Source: Ruditapes philippinarum
Taxonomy: Eukaryota
Direction of reading: 5' to 3'
Length of the DNA: 64,000 nucleotides
NCBI RefSeq assembly: GCF_026571515.1
Contig: NW_026854133.1
Coordinates: 62,001 to 126,000, forward strand
How positions within the stretch are numbered: the first letter of the stretch is position 1; the number at the start of each line of letters is the position of its first letter. The notes under the pieces were generated by a model. That model did no database searches and was not told the origin of the DNA. It was given only the letters and a program-made list of their open reading frames with translations. The position numbers and the translations under genes were made by a program. Shown in pieces: positions 47,437 to 60,960 of this stretch.

Positions 47437-47631
47437 TCTGATTGGACAATCTATTTATCGCTGGATGTAACGTGACATCTGATTTGATAATTGGACTAAT
47501 TGAAATAAAAAAGAATGAAACTTTTAATTTTGATTGGTCATTAAATAATCTTGCGTGAAAAATGAATGTACCAGATAAACACTGTGTTATAATTCACTGA
47601 CGGGAACGTATATTTTGCACACCGTACAATT

Positions 47632-48062
47632 AACTGGGTAGACAACGGCTCAATGCGTCGACAGCCGTAGTTGTATACAGTATACTAGTCGGTATAAAAA
47701 CAAAATTAACGGGCTGTAAGTATTTGTCTATTTTTGTCAGATTCCAACTGTAATAAGTAAATCAAAGTTATGGATTCAAAGTCAAACAGCTAGAGGAGTC
47801 TGCTTGCAAATTTCTGGCCCTGTACAAAATTTACTTTACGTGAATTTTGATTGAAAATAACCACTTTCCGATGAGATGCGGTATGAAATTTGTAAGCAGC
47901 CTCCTATAGGTGTTGACTATGAATTCATAACATTGATTTACTCGAAAACAGTTGGGATATGTACCAAAATAGAGGAATACTTACCGTCCGTCAACGTGTT
48001 TTTATACCGACATCTATATAATAGTACGGCTGTCGACGCGTTGAACAGTTGTCTACCCAGTT
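47632..48062. mobile_element. MITE with about 65-bp terminal inverted repeats
   Basis: aactgggtagacaac.g.tcaa.gcgtcgacagccgta...gtcggtataaa versus tttataccgac...tacggctgtcgacgcgttgaacagttgtctacccagtt. Confidence 0.85.
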
Positions 48063-48669
48063 GATTTGGGTTGAGATCAGTTTATCTGATATTTTGAACT
48101 ATTTTCTTAGGTCATATCTAAGACGTAAACATTCATGTACGAGGAGCTACTATTTTCCTGACTGTATCAGTGACTGATGCTCCATTCTTTTTCCAGTAAC
48201 TTCTTCTTAACATAGACAAAACTGTACCCATCGTAAATGAATAAAACTATGTTAGCTGTGCCTTACCAAGTACAAGGATTGCATTCATTCCCATGAGAGT
48301 CGGAGTCGAAAAGTTAAAGCCTTTGACTTTGACCCTTATTCATTACATACAGTTAAATCTGATTAATAATAAACCAATTAAAAGTTCCTTCTTTCTTACA
48401 GCAGATATCATTACAAATGCTATAATGTTAGACAACGATGTTGACCGGGATAATAAGGTTCATGAAAATAATTAAATAATGAAAAAGACAAAAGAAAAGA
48501 AAAACAAAGAAAGAAAAAAATTAAGACAAATAAAAACCTTCAGCATAACTATTTCGTCAGTTCCCGTCATAGTGCGGCAGTTTCCGTTACACTTTGTTTT
48601 GATATTAAAATAACACGAATAAAAAAATATAGAACAACTAATATTAAATATTAAATTGATATAAACGGT

Positions 48670-49089
48670 TATTATGACAATGACGGTGAGTAAAATGATG
48701 ATGATTATGATGACGACGACAAACAATTCTCTAAATGAAATATACCGTATTTTACAAAACGAAATAAAGCACCCATTGATGATGGCTGTGATGAAAAAGG
48801 AACGAAAGGAAAAAAAAGATGATGATACTCTTGCTGATGCTGATGATGATGATTTCGTTGATGATGATAATAACGGTGATGATGAAACTGATGTTCAAGC
48901 TGATTTTCATGCCAATGTTGATGATGTTGATGATGATTATTATGATAATGATGATGATGATTATAATAATAATGATAATAATGATGATGATGGTGATGAT
49001 GATATTGATAATTATGGTGATGATTATAATGATGTTGATGATGATGATGATGATGATGATGATAATGTTGATGATGATTATGATTATGA
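48670..49089. repeat. (GAT/AAT)n low-complexity microsatellite running into an assembly gap
   Basis: Directly visible. Confidence 0.9.
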
Positions 49090-49233
49090 NNNNNNNNNNN
49101 NNNNNNNNNNNNNNNNNNNNNNNNNNNNNNNNNNNNNNNNNNNNNNNNNNNNNNNNNNNNNNNNNNNNNNNNNNNNNNNNNNNNNNNNNNNNNNNNNNNN
49201 NNNNNNNNNNNNNNNNNNNNNNNNNNNNNNNNN
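49090..49233. other. Assembly gap (144 N)
   Basis: Run of n. Confidence 1.
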
Positions 49234-49424
49234 ATAGATTTTACAAATTGATTTAAACGCACTTCATAACGTCAATTAAACATCATTTAGAAAAAAAATC
49301 ATTCAAAAGAAATGATAAAACGAAGGAACAACCATTATATGAAAGTAATAGGCGGAAGAAAACACTTTGTAATTTATTTCCGCATCACTGTACAGTTGAA
49401 TAGGTACATAATAAAAGTATATAA

Positions 49425-50143
49425 GGGGGCAGGCGACCTAAAAATGAACAATTTTGTATTTTAGTGTGGCCAGAAACACAATTCCAAATATTTCAAAATC
49501 TGTTTCACAACATTATTCAATGATATATGACATAGATTGAAGAAAATGATAGTTTGCACGCATTGCGCCTTAAAAACATGACTGACAGCAATTCATATTC
49601 CCCCCCCCCCCTTTCAAGCCAAAATCGCACCTAAATATATCAATATATTAGGCAATATTCATGAAGGTGCAGCATACTCCAGAATCCGCCCGATTCCTTT
49701 AAAAATATCACTTTAATGAAACGAATTCAGGAGTATTTTTCTAAACTCGTTTCTTAACAAAATATCTAAAATGTCTAAAATATCTAAAATATCATTAACG
49801 CACAGTGCAAGCAATGGCATTTTCAAAAATGACCAATAAAGTGTCTGTTATACGTTGAGATTTTTCACAAAATTTATTCGAAATTTCTTACTTGTATGGC
49901 GCCAACTGTCAAAGCTTGATTTTTAACTTTTTCACCTCCATTCGGAGAGTCACAAATACATACAAGCTACCATAATGCTTAGTTTCGGGTAAAAACCCAA
50001 AAATACTTCTCATTTCTACACACAAACAAGAAAGAATTATAATTACAGAGAAATATCAGAAGTTCCCAGTACCTTCAAAACACCATGTCTGAGTTTTTAA
50101 AAAAATTGACAGGGGCCATCATTCGGATATGTCCCCTGCCCCC
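49425..50143. mobile_element. MITE with GGGGGCAGG(C/G)GAC TIRs and ATAA/TTAA flanks (Kolobok-like)
   Basis: ataa+gggggcaggcgacc ... gtcccctgccccc+ttaa. Confidence 0.6.
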
Positions 50144-50852
50144 TTAAGTTTTTTTATATGGTCTTCATTAAATCGTTTCCTGTTATATTCTTAAAATACG
50201 GAGTCTTTCGCATTAAACGTTAACTTCCAAAAGAGTGTACTGCGGTTACTTTGTATTTAATCAAAGATTTAAAAAAGACCCTATACAGGGGAAGTAACTA
50301 GTACAATGACCATGCCTGTTACATGTTGTTTATGATTTACTTATCATCAAGTGCCAAGAACCTATGAGATGGTCATTTTTCTGTACTGCACCTTCATTTA
50401 AATACCAGATAGTATTTTCAGAGTAAGTAAACTCTTTTTGAAGGAGATTATAGCAAGAAAAACAAGATAACAGCCACATTTAATGTCCTAAAATGAATGT
50501 TACAGCAAACCAGACCTCATTTATTTGGGCATACACCTAAAAGTGCAATAAAGATACCAATGTTGACTTGTATGACATTATACACTTGTAACAATTGAAA
50601 GTGCTCAATTATGCATTATTATGTTCATTCGCACAATATAAAACTGTTTAATCTGGATAAATGTGCACATTCTTGCCAAAATTCCAAATTTTTATAACCT
50701 CCCTTGACTTGACAGTCTACCTACTTTACACAACTTGATAAATCCTACCAGTTACTTTTAATTGTGACTAACAAATACAGAAGGAATGTTTCTGGGCACA
50801 TTTGGGTCAATGCCAACACATTTTATGGATTTGAAAATTTCCTTTAGAGTAC

Positions 50853-51200
50853 AAAATGAACAATTTTGTATTTCAGTGTGGCCAGAAACAAAATTCCAAA
50901 TATTTCAAAATCTATTTAACAAGCAGATAACCAATTGCACAACATTATTCAATAATATATTACATAAATTGAAGAAAATAATAGTTTTCATACATTGCTC
51001 CTTAAAAAAATGACTGACAGCAATTCATATTTACCCCAACCCAGCCAAAATCACACCTAAAATATACTAATATAAGCAATCTTCATGAAAGTGCAGATTA
51101 CTCCAGAATCCGCCCGATTCCTTTAAAAATATCACTTTAAAGAAACGAATTCAGGAGTATTTTTCTAAACTCGTTTCTTAACAAAATATCTAAAATGTCT
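50853..51200 (+). repeat. About 350-bp direct copy of 49441-49777
   Basis: Long near-identical blocks, e.g. ccagaatccgcccgattcctttaaaaatatcactttaa...aaaatatctaaaatgtct. Confidence 0.85.
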
Positions 51201-51699
51201 TCTAATGTCAGATTCTTTTTATCACAATATTTGATATAAGCAGAACAACTTATTATTCACAACTTTATTTTCATTTATATTTAGACTGTTTATGTAGAAC
51301 CAAAAAAATGTTACTTTCATCTAGGATAATTTCTTTTGGATTGAGAAGTTGGACTTGTTAATCTTTTAGGTGGAAGGAGGGTATTTAGTGGTCGGCAACA
51401 CTATTTAGTTAGTACCTTTCACGCTGTGTAACTCTTATGACACCAGCGCGTGATCAGTGCATGATTTCTTTGTTCTAAGCGTATCACAAATTGTTGATAA
51501 CATTTGCCATCCTTCTGCGAGAAGGTGATGCAGAATAAGCATTGTAGCTAAATTAAAATTTACTTAGAAAAACTGTACCATCTCCTCCCCTACACCTCCA
51601 TTTATTGATGATTATGACTTAGTAGATTATATAATGTGCTCCTCAGTTTTACTGATTAAGTGAAAACAATTGCACCATCCAAATATTACCAAGCGGTGG

Positions 51700-52830
51700 T
51701 GGTGGGAAACTAGTATGACAGGTAAGTTTAACTTATTCATAAAATTTTAACTTGATTACAAATTTTTCAATTTTATTTCACTCGTTAAACTTACCAGTCA
51801 TAAATATACGTGTAGGATTGTGTAGGATTGATTTTAAAGCAATACTCACCTCTGATGGTGGTGTAGGGTAATATCTACTGACAAAAGTCTTTATGCAACA
51901 AATATGTATCTGTTCCCATTATGTACATGAAAATGTCCATTCTTTATTCTCCACTATGTACAGAATATCTGTTTCCTCTTGTATAAATGTACAGAACAAC
52001 ACTGTCAATACTGTTTCTTCATGTATAAATGTACAGAAAAACACTATGTCCACTTATATTCTCAGAACACTATCTTCACTAATGTACACAATATATGAAT
52101 ATATGTATATACCAATGCACTTATCGAGTGCCATAAAATATGAAAAATCCGTCAATAAGTTGATATAGCGACTTGCTAAAAGTTAAAATTTAATTTTAGT
52201 TCAAAAACCTTATTTCAAGTTTTCAACACTGCTGAAGTACTATTTACATTTCTTAGATAAAAACGTGTAAAAGTAGTCTCTCTACTCCAGTCTGCTGAAG
52301 CTAAAATTGATTCTATTGATGCACCCTTGAACAAAACAAAAGATGGACCATTAGCTCTGGTACTATGAGCTTTAACTTTAACCTTATCATCTTGAAGTGT
52401 TAACTTTAATGTCTGAACAATCCAGTTTGATAACGTTTGAGAACTAGCTGGTTTATGTGGCTCATTAAACCCAAGGAATAGTTTTGTTTCATCTTCACCA
52501 GTCCCAGACTTTCTATATTTTTCAGTTGCTGTCAAATTTTAAAATAAACATATTTTAGATCCGATTTCTTATTTTCTAGAAAAGATGGTATGAAAATAGT
52601 TGCTCCGAAATGTGATGGTCTGTCCTGTTTAGCTAAACCATGACGAATAAAGGTGATACCTTTCTGTTGAATGTTTACTGAACCTTCTCATAATTTAAGA
52701 GACTACATCTCCTGAAAGTAGTTATTGCAAACAAAAATACAGTTTTGTATGTTATAACCTTCAATGGAGCTTTATGTAAAGGTTCAAAAGGTGCTTTTTG
52801 TAAACTTTTAGCACTTTCAGCAAATCCTTG
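51700..52830 (-). mobile_element. DIRS1-like tyrosine-recombinase retrotransposon, 3' remnant
   Basis: APFEPL...KTVFLFAITTFRR upstream (broken frame), then KPASSQTLSNWI...AHSTR...ADWSRETTFTRFY (52215-52535); terminal/ICR-like inverted repeat 51714-51732 / 51784-51802. Confidence 0.85.
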
Positions 52831-53545
52831 AGCTGATAATTAACTGATAGAGTTATCAGCAGTTCGTGTCTAATTTCTTACGATTATAGCGTTTGTCCTA
52901 GATAAACAATTGTTATACATGTTGTTAGTAGGTCTTTCAGAAAGATAATAATGCTTAAAGAGAGCGCAGGTAATTTAAATACTTTATTTTATATTCACTC
53001 ATACATTTTTGGTGTTGTTACATTTTCTTCACCTCCAGGATCATTAATTCCAACACTTTTAAATGTTGAAATATGAAATTGAGTACTGGTGCAAGCGAAT
53101 GTGAGGGATGATGCCAGTCTGTAATTTTCATGTAATTTTGCTTTGAATAATACTTCCAAAAGATCACCCTCTTTTCAGATTTTGATAATGATACTAATAG
53201 GTCAAACATGCAGCTTGCTCTTCTCCAAAGTGGCAAAAGAATCATTTCATATTGATAAACATGTATTTTTATTACTCTTTCGAAATCACATAGAATAATT
53301 AACATAGTGTGCTTTGTGTAATGTCTAAAATAATTTCATTTGTATAAGTATATCATGCATTGACGTATACAAATGTCTTTTTTAAGGTTTAGACGTATAT
53401 CATTTTCTTTTTAAGGTTTACTTGTGTTTGTGACACTACTAGCAACTTATGCATGCGATACTTCTGGATCTAAAGGTTAAGATAGGTGTTCAATTTTATG
53501 AAAAATGTACTGGAAACATATAGAAACAAAATCGTTTAATGTATA

Positions 53546-54086
53546 CACTGAACAAAAATTCTAACCGATCACCCTGAGTTTTCGCTTATATATGAAAAAG
53601 AATAATACCAATAGATCCGACTTTTCTTTTATTTCGAAGAGAATGAACACATTGAGAATAATAAAATTATAACATTTTTCTATTTAAATAATACTTTATC
53701 GATATTTAAAAAAAAATATTTTTATGAACAGCCACTCACCTGTCTGATAGAGGCTCCAGCATTCAACATTCCAACTGCTACGGCACGATCCTGCATCGAC
53801 ATTCGTGCCATGTTTTATGTTTTTTCACTCATAAGGTTAACAAGGATTTATGCAATGTAAAATTTAATACTCACCACGCTCTGCACGAACATTTCGTGCC
53901 AAAATGTGTAAACCGCACCCTGCCTCCCGCGTGAGTGCATGGAACCGTATTAAATTATTTTTCATTCCACAGATCGGTAGAAAATGACACAAAAATCCCC
54001 TCTGCAAAATTTTATAAGGATCTATTGACCCGTTATAAAATAATTATAATTTAAAAAGTGATCGGTTAGAACTTTTGTTAAGTTAG
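53546..54086 (-). mobile_element. Internally deleted Tc1-like element
   Basis: TA+cactgaacaaaaattctaaccgatcac ... gtgatcggttagaacttttgtt TIRs; 53811-53740 encodes MARMSMQDRAVAVGMLNAGASIRQ, a Tc1 HTH-like start. Confidence 0.75.
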
Positions 54087-54595
54087 TAATCAATTTATCA
54101 AATATTGATTATACACTGTATATGTATGTATCCCTGAAATGTTAGCCTGCTGTTAAACTTGTGAATCTTTTAAACGTGTTAAACTATATTTTAAAAAAAA
54201 TAATTGTAAAATTGTGCGAAAATCAGATATTTCAATTTATACTGAACTACATTTACTTAATGCTCCATTATTCCTGTTCTAGTATAAATGATAAAATCAA
54301 AGAAACCTTACATCTTGCCATAATTGTTTTCACAGAAGTTATAAAATAGTAATATTATCAGTATTTGGCCAATCAAAATTATTATCAACCTCTTGAAATA
54401 AATTTGTAATTCAATTAAATAAGACAGCAATGTAAATATAAATTAGCATATTGTCACTAAAAATGTGTAATCTATGTTGACATAATACACACATGTCTGC
54501 TAAAGATTGACATACTTAGGAATACTGATTTTCAAATAAATGCACATATTGGACACTTTAGCACAGCATGACACTAAACAATTATTATATTGCAG

Positions 54596-56987
54596 ATGAC
54601 TCCTTGTCAGCTAACAAACGATTTCTGCTGGATGGATATGCTGTACCTTGCAAGTTACTTCTTTATATATTTCTTCAAAACACACTTTTCTTCCATTTCT
54701 AAGTGATAAATAATAGCAATCAATTACATAATCATTTAGATTTTTTAAACTTTATTTTTATGAACAAAGTCATACTATTTAAACACGTATTGTTGTATCT
54801 ATCAGTCTATAATGTTTTCAAATCCATCAGCAATAACTTCAGATAAAGAAAAATAAATCCATAAAGAACCTTTACGTCAAAAACGGTTAAATTGAAAATG
54901 CTAAATGCTCGGTTTGGATTGCGCCTGTTCATGGACAGCACTGCATAATGCGAAACTTCATTAAAACAATTCAACATTTAAGACAAAGCAGATTACAATT
55001 CATACAGCAAACTTTTTTAAAACAATAATAAACCTGATATTTCTTTGATATTACTACAACTTTCAACGGTTTTTACAGTATCATAATAAAAACTGCGAGA
55101 GATATTCTGTTGAAAGATATTTTCTTAATTATCTATTTCCATGTATTTCGCTGTGACTCGACTTTTTATAACGTCAAAATATAAATAATGTTAAAGTATT
55201 TTAACTCTTGTATATCTATTTCAGCAAATATTTCATTAGAGCAGTTTGCATCATGTTACCTAACTTGCACACCAACATATGGAAAACTCTTGGAAACTTG
55301 TTGTAAATCAGGTCTCAATGTGGTCTGTTCAAATCTTCCATGGGATATTTTGAAACCCAAGCTAGGGTCCTGTACAGGTACGTTTTTTTTTTTTTTTCAT
55401 CTTTTCTGTTTATGTTAATGATTATATATATCGCTTAAGTCGTGTTTTATGTTGTAATGTGATTTTTCTTGTCAAATTATGATAATATTGATATACCATT
55501 AAATTTCATTAATTTTGATTACCTAAAATTAGTAGAAACTGAATTAATAAATGATATAATATAGTATAATATGCCTGTTGAAAGTTTGCAACATTTTCTT
55601 TATTACAGTCTGCAAATTGTTATAGTCTTTTTTGTTTTACATGTTATACACATGCAACAGTTATGGTTTAAAAATTCCACCGAATATAGTTCCTTATTGT
55701 ATTGTTTTCTTTCTTCAGGATTATCAAACAGTCCGACCACTTCAGGTATATGTTTAGATTTTTCAAGGCAGACAAGGAAATGAATATTATCTTAAAAGTC
55801 GGGCCCATTAATTAACACATTTTTCTCGAATTGATTTTGTTAACATATAATGCTAAAGTATTGAGCCTTATAGTTCAGTGCTAGTGACGTACCTTCTTAA
55901 GCACCGGATAAGGTTGTTTTCATTCTGAAGAGAATGACGTCCCTTTACAAAATTCCATTTTGTTTAGTTCCGCCATTTGTTAACCCGATTAGGGGACATG
56001 CATTCTTCTACTCGAGGACCATACGCCGTTTTATATGGAATTGCACTTACAAGTCAAATTGGATGTTCCATGATAACCACTGTATAACCACATCTGAATG
56101 TTTCTAGATTTAAAATCATACCATTTCATGTTTAAATTTTGAATACTGCTTCCGCGGGTGCTAGGGGCGTAGACGGTAGCTTGCACGTGGCAGTACCGTC
56201 CATGAACAGGCTCAATCAAACCGAGCCTACCCAGTCATATGACTTATTGTTAATGTTTCGAAACTAAGTTGACCGATCGATCGAGAAGACATTTATGCGG
56301 TAGTTGATAGATTCCTGACAAAACTAAAAGGAGACATAGAATAAGATAAAAATATGGACGGTTTTCAAGTCGTATTGACAGCTAATGTTAATATTACAGC
56401 ATGGTTGTCCCTGGAACAGTTTGCTGCATGCTTCCTTACGTGTCTTGTTGGATTTGAAAAACTTACAGAGGCATGCTGCCAAACAGGCTTAGATGCGATT
56501 TGTACAAATTTGCCATGGGAAATATTAAAATCTCAATTAGGATCATGCCGAGGTATTTATTAGTTTATTTTTGTTTAATGAATTGTTTTAAGATTTACAA
56601 CACACCTTCTTTTTTATTAAGATGTTGTCCAATATATATTAAGGATTGTTTATATTTATAAATAATGAAGATTGTTCGACAGAAATTTTGCAAAAATCGT
56701 TTTATAAGTGTTTTTAAGAAAAGAATATTAATTTATTTGAAAAAAATATTAAAAGCAAATATTCCAAAGGAAAGTGAATGTATCGTTACTATTTTTAAAA
56801 CTTTTTACAACAAATTTAAATCCTACAGCTGAACTGTCAACAATTACAACAACAAAATCAAGCACCCTTTTTCATTACTGGTCTTTAAAATTTCTTGCGC
56901 ATAATTTAGCGTTTTATGCACTTCTTCATTTTTTTTTAGATTTCTTCTCAACAACGACAACACGCACTACAGCTACGACAACTCGAG
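54596..56987 (+). CDS. Uncharacterised protein, internal exons: KR-FLL motif, two 6-Cys modules and Ser/Thr-rich linkers (partial model)
   Basis: Phase 1-1 exons 54596-54649 (GC donor, less certain), 55225-55377, 55719-55745, 56400-56552, 56940-56987. The two 153-nt exons are homologous (SLEQFA.C.LTC...KL.E.CC..GL...C.NLPW.ILK..LGSC). Start and stop not securely located. Confidence 0.75.
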
Positions 56988-57879
56988 GTAAAACAAATCA
57001 ATTTTTATAAACTTTTTATCTGTTATTTAATTCATATAGATATGAAAAAGAAAGAATACAACACTTAAACAAACTTTGTTAATCGGCCTTGGTTTCACAA
57101 AAAGAAACGATTTTCATAACAAGAGAAAGATCTAAAAGTGGTTCATAACGCCGCATCACATTAATTGTGTGAATGTTTGTGGGTCTTAACCCAAATTTAA
57201 ACACCTCATACAAATAGAATAATTTATTTTGTACACAATAAGTTCGTTACAGTTGATTTAAACATTCTATGTTCATTGCATTTTTATCTTTTACATCCAG
57301 TGCATTCAGCACTTTGATTTATCTTTTTCATGCTTTGCAGTTGATCATAAACTTCATTGAACGCCGCCTTTCCTTGTTGATCGTGTTTATCATGTTCTAT
57401 TTTCACAGGGAAAATTTAAAATATAATATTCAATCTAGCCAGACTTTATTTGAATGTGGATAAAAATAACATTATCGTATTATTAAATTAATGGTTATAT
57501 TGTCAGAAATACACTCCGTCATAAGTCAGTTCTCCTTCAATACAAAAAGTAAATAGTAATCGGCATACATCATTCTAAGAATATATTATATCATTCCTTG
57601 CGATTCTGCCACTATACACAACGGTGTTATAACTGCAAAAGAAAAACTGGTTATGGACTACATGTATATGCGGCTATTCCTATTTGATATACGTTCTCCC
57701 ACCGAAATCAGGGATAACAAGAAATATTTTTAAAAAATGATTAAATAATTATTCAAGAGGAATAGCGTAAAACCATTTTTTCTTATGATTAATTTTGTTA
57801 AATAATTTTATACCTTAGGGACAAAAGAGTGCAAAAAGAACAGATAAATACAAAATTTAATATCGACAGCGAAAATAAT

Positions 57880-59130
57880 CAGAGCTGCATAACTGGTACT
57901 GCAGTATGTACTGCAGCGATTTTGCAAGTACTGGTACTTATACTGAATTACTCTTACACAATTTTGCTACTACTGGTACTGGTACTGTATTACTGTCTTA
58001 AAAAGTGGTACTGCTACTGCATTACCCAGTACTTTTGGTTTTGATAAAAAATTTAAAATAACATCATTTTTTCTCATAAATTAAAGCTGTAAATTACATT
58101 AACAATATTTTATATTTATGAAAAAGTAAGTTATCAAATCTAAAGATAATTTGCTGCAATATTCCTTCAAATGTTAACATAGTATTCATCATAAAAAGCA
58201 CCAAAGACTTAAAGTAAAAATTAAATTAAGATAAACAGACTCAATAACTCTTTACCCTAAAATATCCTTATTAAAATCTTTTATTATTTTGTATTTACTA
58301 GTAAAAGAGAAAAATAAAAACTAATTATTTTCTTTTTTATTCTAAAAAATCCCATTTCAAGTGAAAAAAGTGATATTGTTAGCACCATAAAAAGTTGTTA
58401 TTTACTTTGGTATAAATTGAACAGAGGTGTGAAGGTGTGAAAGGCAACAAAAGATTGTTGTGTTTTAAATGAAAGATTTTGCATTGTATTTATACAGTTG
58501 ACTGGTTACTAAACAATTAGATATGACATAAATATATGTTGTAAATATTGTTTGTAAAAAGTATGTTAAAACTATAAAGTTGTAAATATGTTATGTTAAC
58601 TTTAAAGCAGCACGCCTCCAGATTCATTCTAATTTTGAAAATGTATTTAAAGGTAAAATATTGTTAAATGAACAAAGAAAGTACTTCACACATTACAATC
58701 GGCAAACATGCATAAATAGGCCCTACTGCGTTAGTAACGCAGTAGATATATGGTGATAAATACTACAAAATACAGCCATTAATTGCACATAAGATATATT
58801 TTAATTATCACTTGAATCTTTAATCTGTCTACTTTTCTCAAAGTTTTAGTAATTTTTTTCCAAGTTTAATTTTCTTGAAATATTTTTGGTCATCTGGAGG
58901 CATGCAGCTTTAAAGTAAATTATGATTTTATTTCTTTGCTGAATAATATTTGCAATTATTTGTTTGACACTGTATTTATTCAAACTTTGATGAATATATA
59001 TAAAAGTAATGGTACTGATACTTAATTACTTCACCAAAAAAAGTACTGGTACTGCAGTACCGAGCTAAAATCTAGTACTGGTACTGGTAATGGTACTGCA
59101 TAATTTGCCAAGTACTGGTACTGGTACTTA
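57880..59130. mobile_element. Non-autonomous DNA element with gtactg subterminal repeats (hAT-like, tentative), interrupted
   Basis: Clusters of gtactggtact at 57890-58035 and 59005-59130; starts CAGAGCTGCA; right end abuts a LINE tail. Confidence 0.5.
58606..58909. mobile_element. Family B TTAA-flanked MITE
   Basis: ttaa+agcagcacgcctccagat ... atctggaggcatgcagct+ttaa; inverted homolog of 10471-10818. Confidence 0.8.
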
Positions 59131-60960
59131 AGAACAGAACAGAACAGAACAGAAATTTTATTAAGACTTGTACAAAGTACATCATCTACAATACATTATA
59201 TTCACATATATTTTAGCTGCATGAAAATTTACAAACAAAATCTGGATATCACATTTTACGTATTCAATAGTTTAATAATAAAATATAAGTAGGTAAACTA
59301 ATAAAAAAACAAAGAACATGCATATAGCTATGAAAAAAGATGTGCATTTTCTGTATTTTTTATAAATAAATAAGATTAATTATGAATATTTTTGGCATGG
59401 AAAAAAACAAATCATTTGGAGAATGAACATTGATTCATTCAGACATTATTAGTTAAAAGTGTATACCTAATGGAAAGAGCTTCATTAAACAAATTTTGAT
59501 AAACGTACAAGCTCATTTTATTTTTGAGTTTAACAATTGAGTAAATTTGTATACTGATGGATTTCTGTAATAGTAAGTTTTTTAAGTGTGTTTTTTCTTA
59601 TAACGTCATAGCATTTACATATACAAATAAAATGGTATTCATCTCAATATCTAGATTATTGCAACACAAACAATTTCTTTCTTCGCGAGGAATCCTATTT
59701 CTACTAAATCTACCTGTTTGAATTCTAAGCGGAAGACCATTCATTCTTAATCTACAAAAAATAAAATCTAAAACACCTAGGTAGTATATTAAGATAACAT
59801 TCATATTCAAAACAAGATTTAACATTTCTATATATACATAAAACAGGACTTTTTCAAGATTACTGGACCATTCTTGCTTGAAGGAATTAATAAGGCGACA
59901 TTTAAATTCTGATAAAAACATAACCTTGTCTATGTTGTTACAATTATCAAAAATGTATGAAAATCCATAGTTATTTAAAATATTTTTAACATTAGAAACC
60001 CAATTTGTCTGCCCTTTATTGCTATCTTCAAGTGCTTAAGTATAAACTGTTTTTAACATTATATTGTCTGTATTTACAAGTTTTAACCAGAATTTAATAA
60101 TTCTTACATATCTATGAATATATAATGGATATCTTCCAAGTTCCCCATATACACTAGTATTACATGTATTTAATCTAACTTTTAACAACCTTTTACAAAA
60201 TTTTAAATGTATTCTTTCAATTTCCTTAGATTTAGAATAACCCGAAATTTCACATGAATAATTTAATATTGGTGAAACGAAGGCATCAAACAACTGACAT
60301 AATGTTTTTGGACTAAGATCAAACTCTTTACATTTACATAACAGTATGTTCATTGATTTTAAAGCTTTTCCAATTAAATGTTCTTGATTATAGAATAAAT
60401 TTACCAGTTATAGTTAAAAATAGTACCTAGATAATTGAAATCATTAACAGCTTCGATTTCTTGGCCATCATAGGTCCAATGCTCAGATGCTAAAAGTGCA
60501 CCCCTTTTTCGAAATACCATAATTTTTGTATTTGAGGTATTAACTTTAAGGCCCCAAGTATTACAATAAGACAATAAGAGATTCAAAAGAGTTTGTATTT
60601 CATCTGGGTTTTTACCTATGATAGCCATATCGTCAGCAAATAATAAAAGAATTAAAACTATGTCATCTAAAGTAAGACCTGCTTCAGTTTCAGACTGAAG
60701 ATATAATTCAAGGTCTTCAACAAAAAGAGAAAATAAAAGAGGGGACATAACTCCCCCTTGACGAAGACCTACAGCATACAGAAAATAATCAGAATAGCTA
60801 GAACACGACACAAGATTTTACTTTTTGATACATATCACGTATTATACTGAGTAACTTCCCTTGAATTCCGCAATTGTACAATTTAAACCAAAGGCCATTT
60901 CTATAAACAGAGTCAAAGCATTTCATCATATCGACAAATATAACATACAATCTTTTATTA
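59131..60960 (-). mobile_element. Degenerate 5'-truncated LINE (RT C-half, CCHC, 3' UTR, (TTCTG)n tail)
   Basis: GLRQGGVMSPLLF, LLFADD, FNYLG, YGELGRYPL, IQTGRF...CLCC fragments in several frames; AATAAA and (agaac)n at 59131-59162. Confidence 0.9.

Noticed and set aside
48402-48457. Possible upstream exon (ADIITNAIMLDNDVDRDNK) of the Cys-module gene
   Set aside because: Good acceptor, but the weak donor is phase 0 and does not fit the phase-1 exon at 54596; it is also separated by a gap.
48674-49262. Asp-, His- or Met-rich ORFs suggesting an acidic shell-matrix protein
   Set aside because: Translations of a (GAT)n microsatellite running into Ns, open in several frames, with no splice or signal evidence; same for 10011-10329.
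52215-52535. Phage or bacterial integrase (contamination or horizontal transfer)
   Set aside because: Motifs and the flanking inverted repeat fit a eukaryotic DIRS retrotransposon.
56829-56880. Possible extra Thr-rich exon (AELSTITTTKSST)
   Set aside because: No convincing phase-1 donor found.
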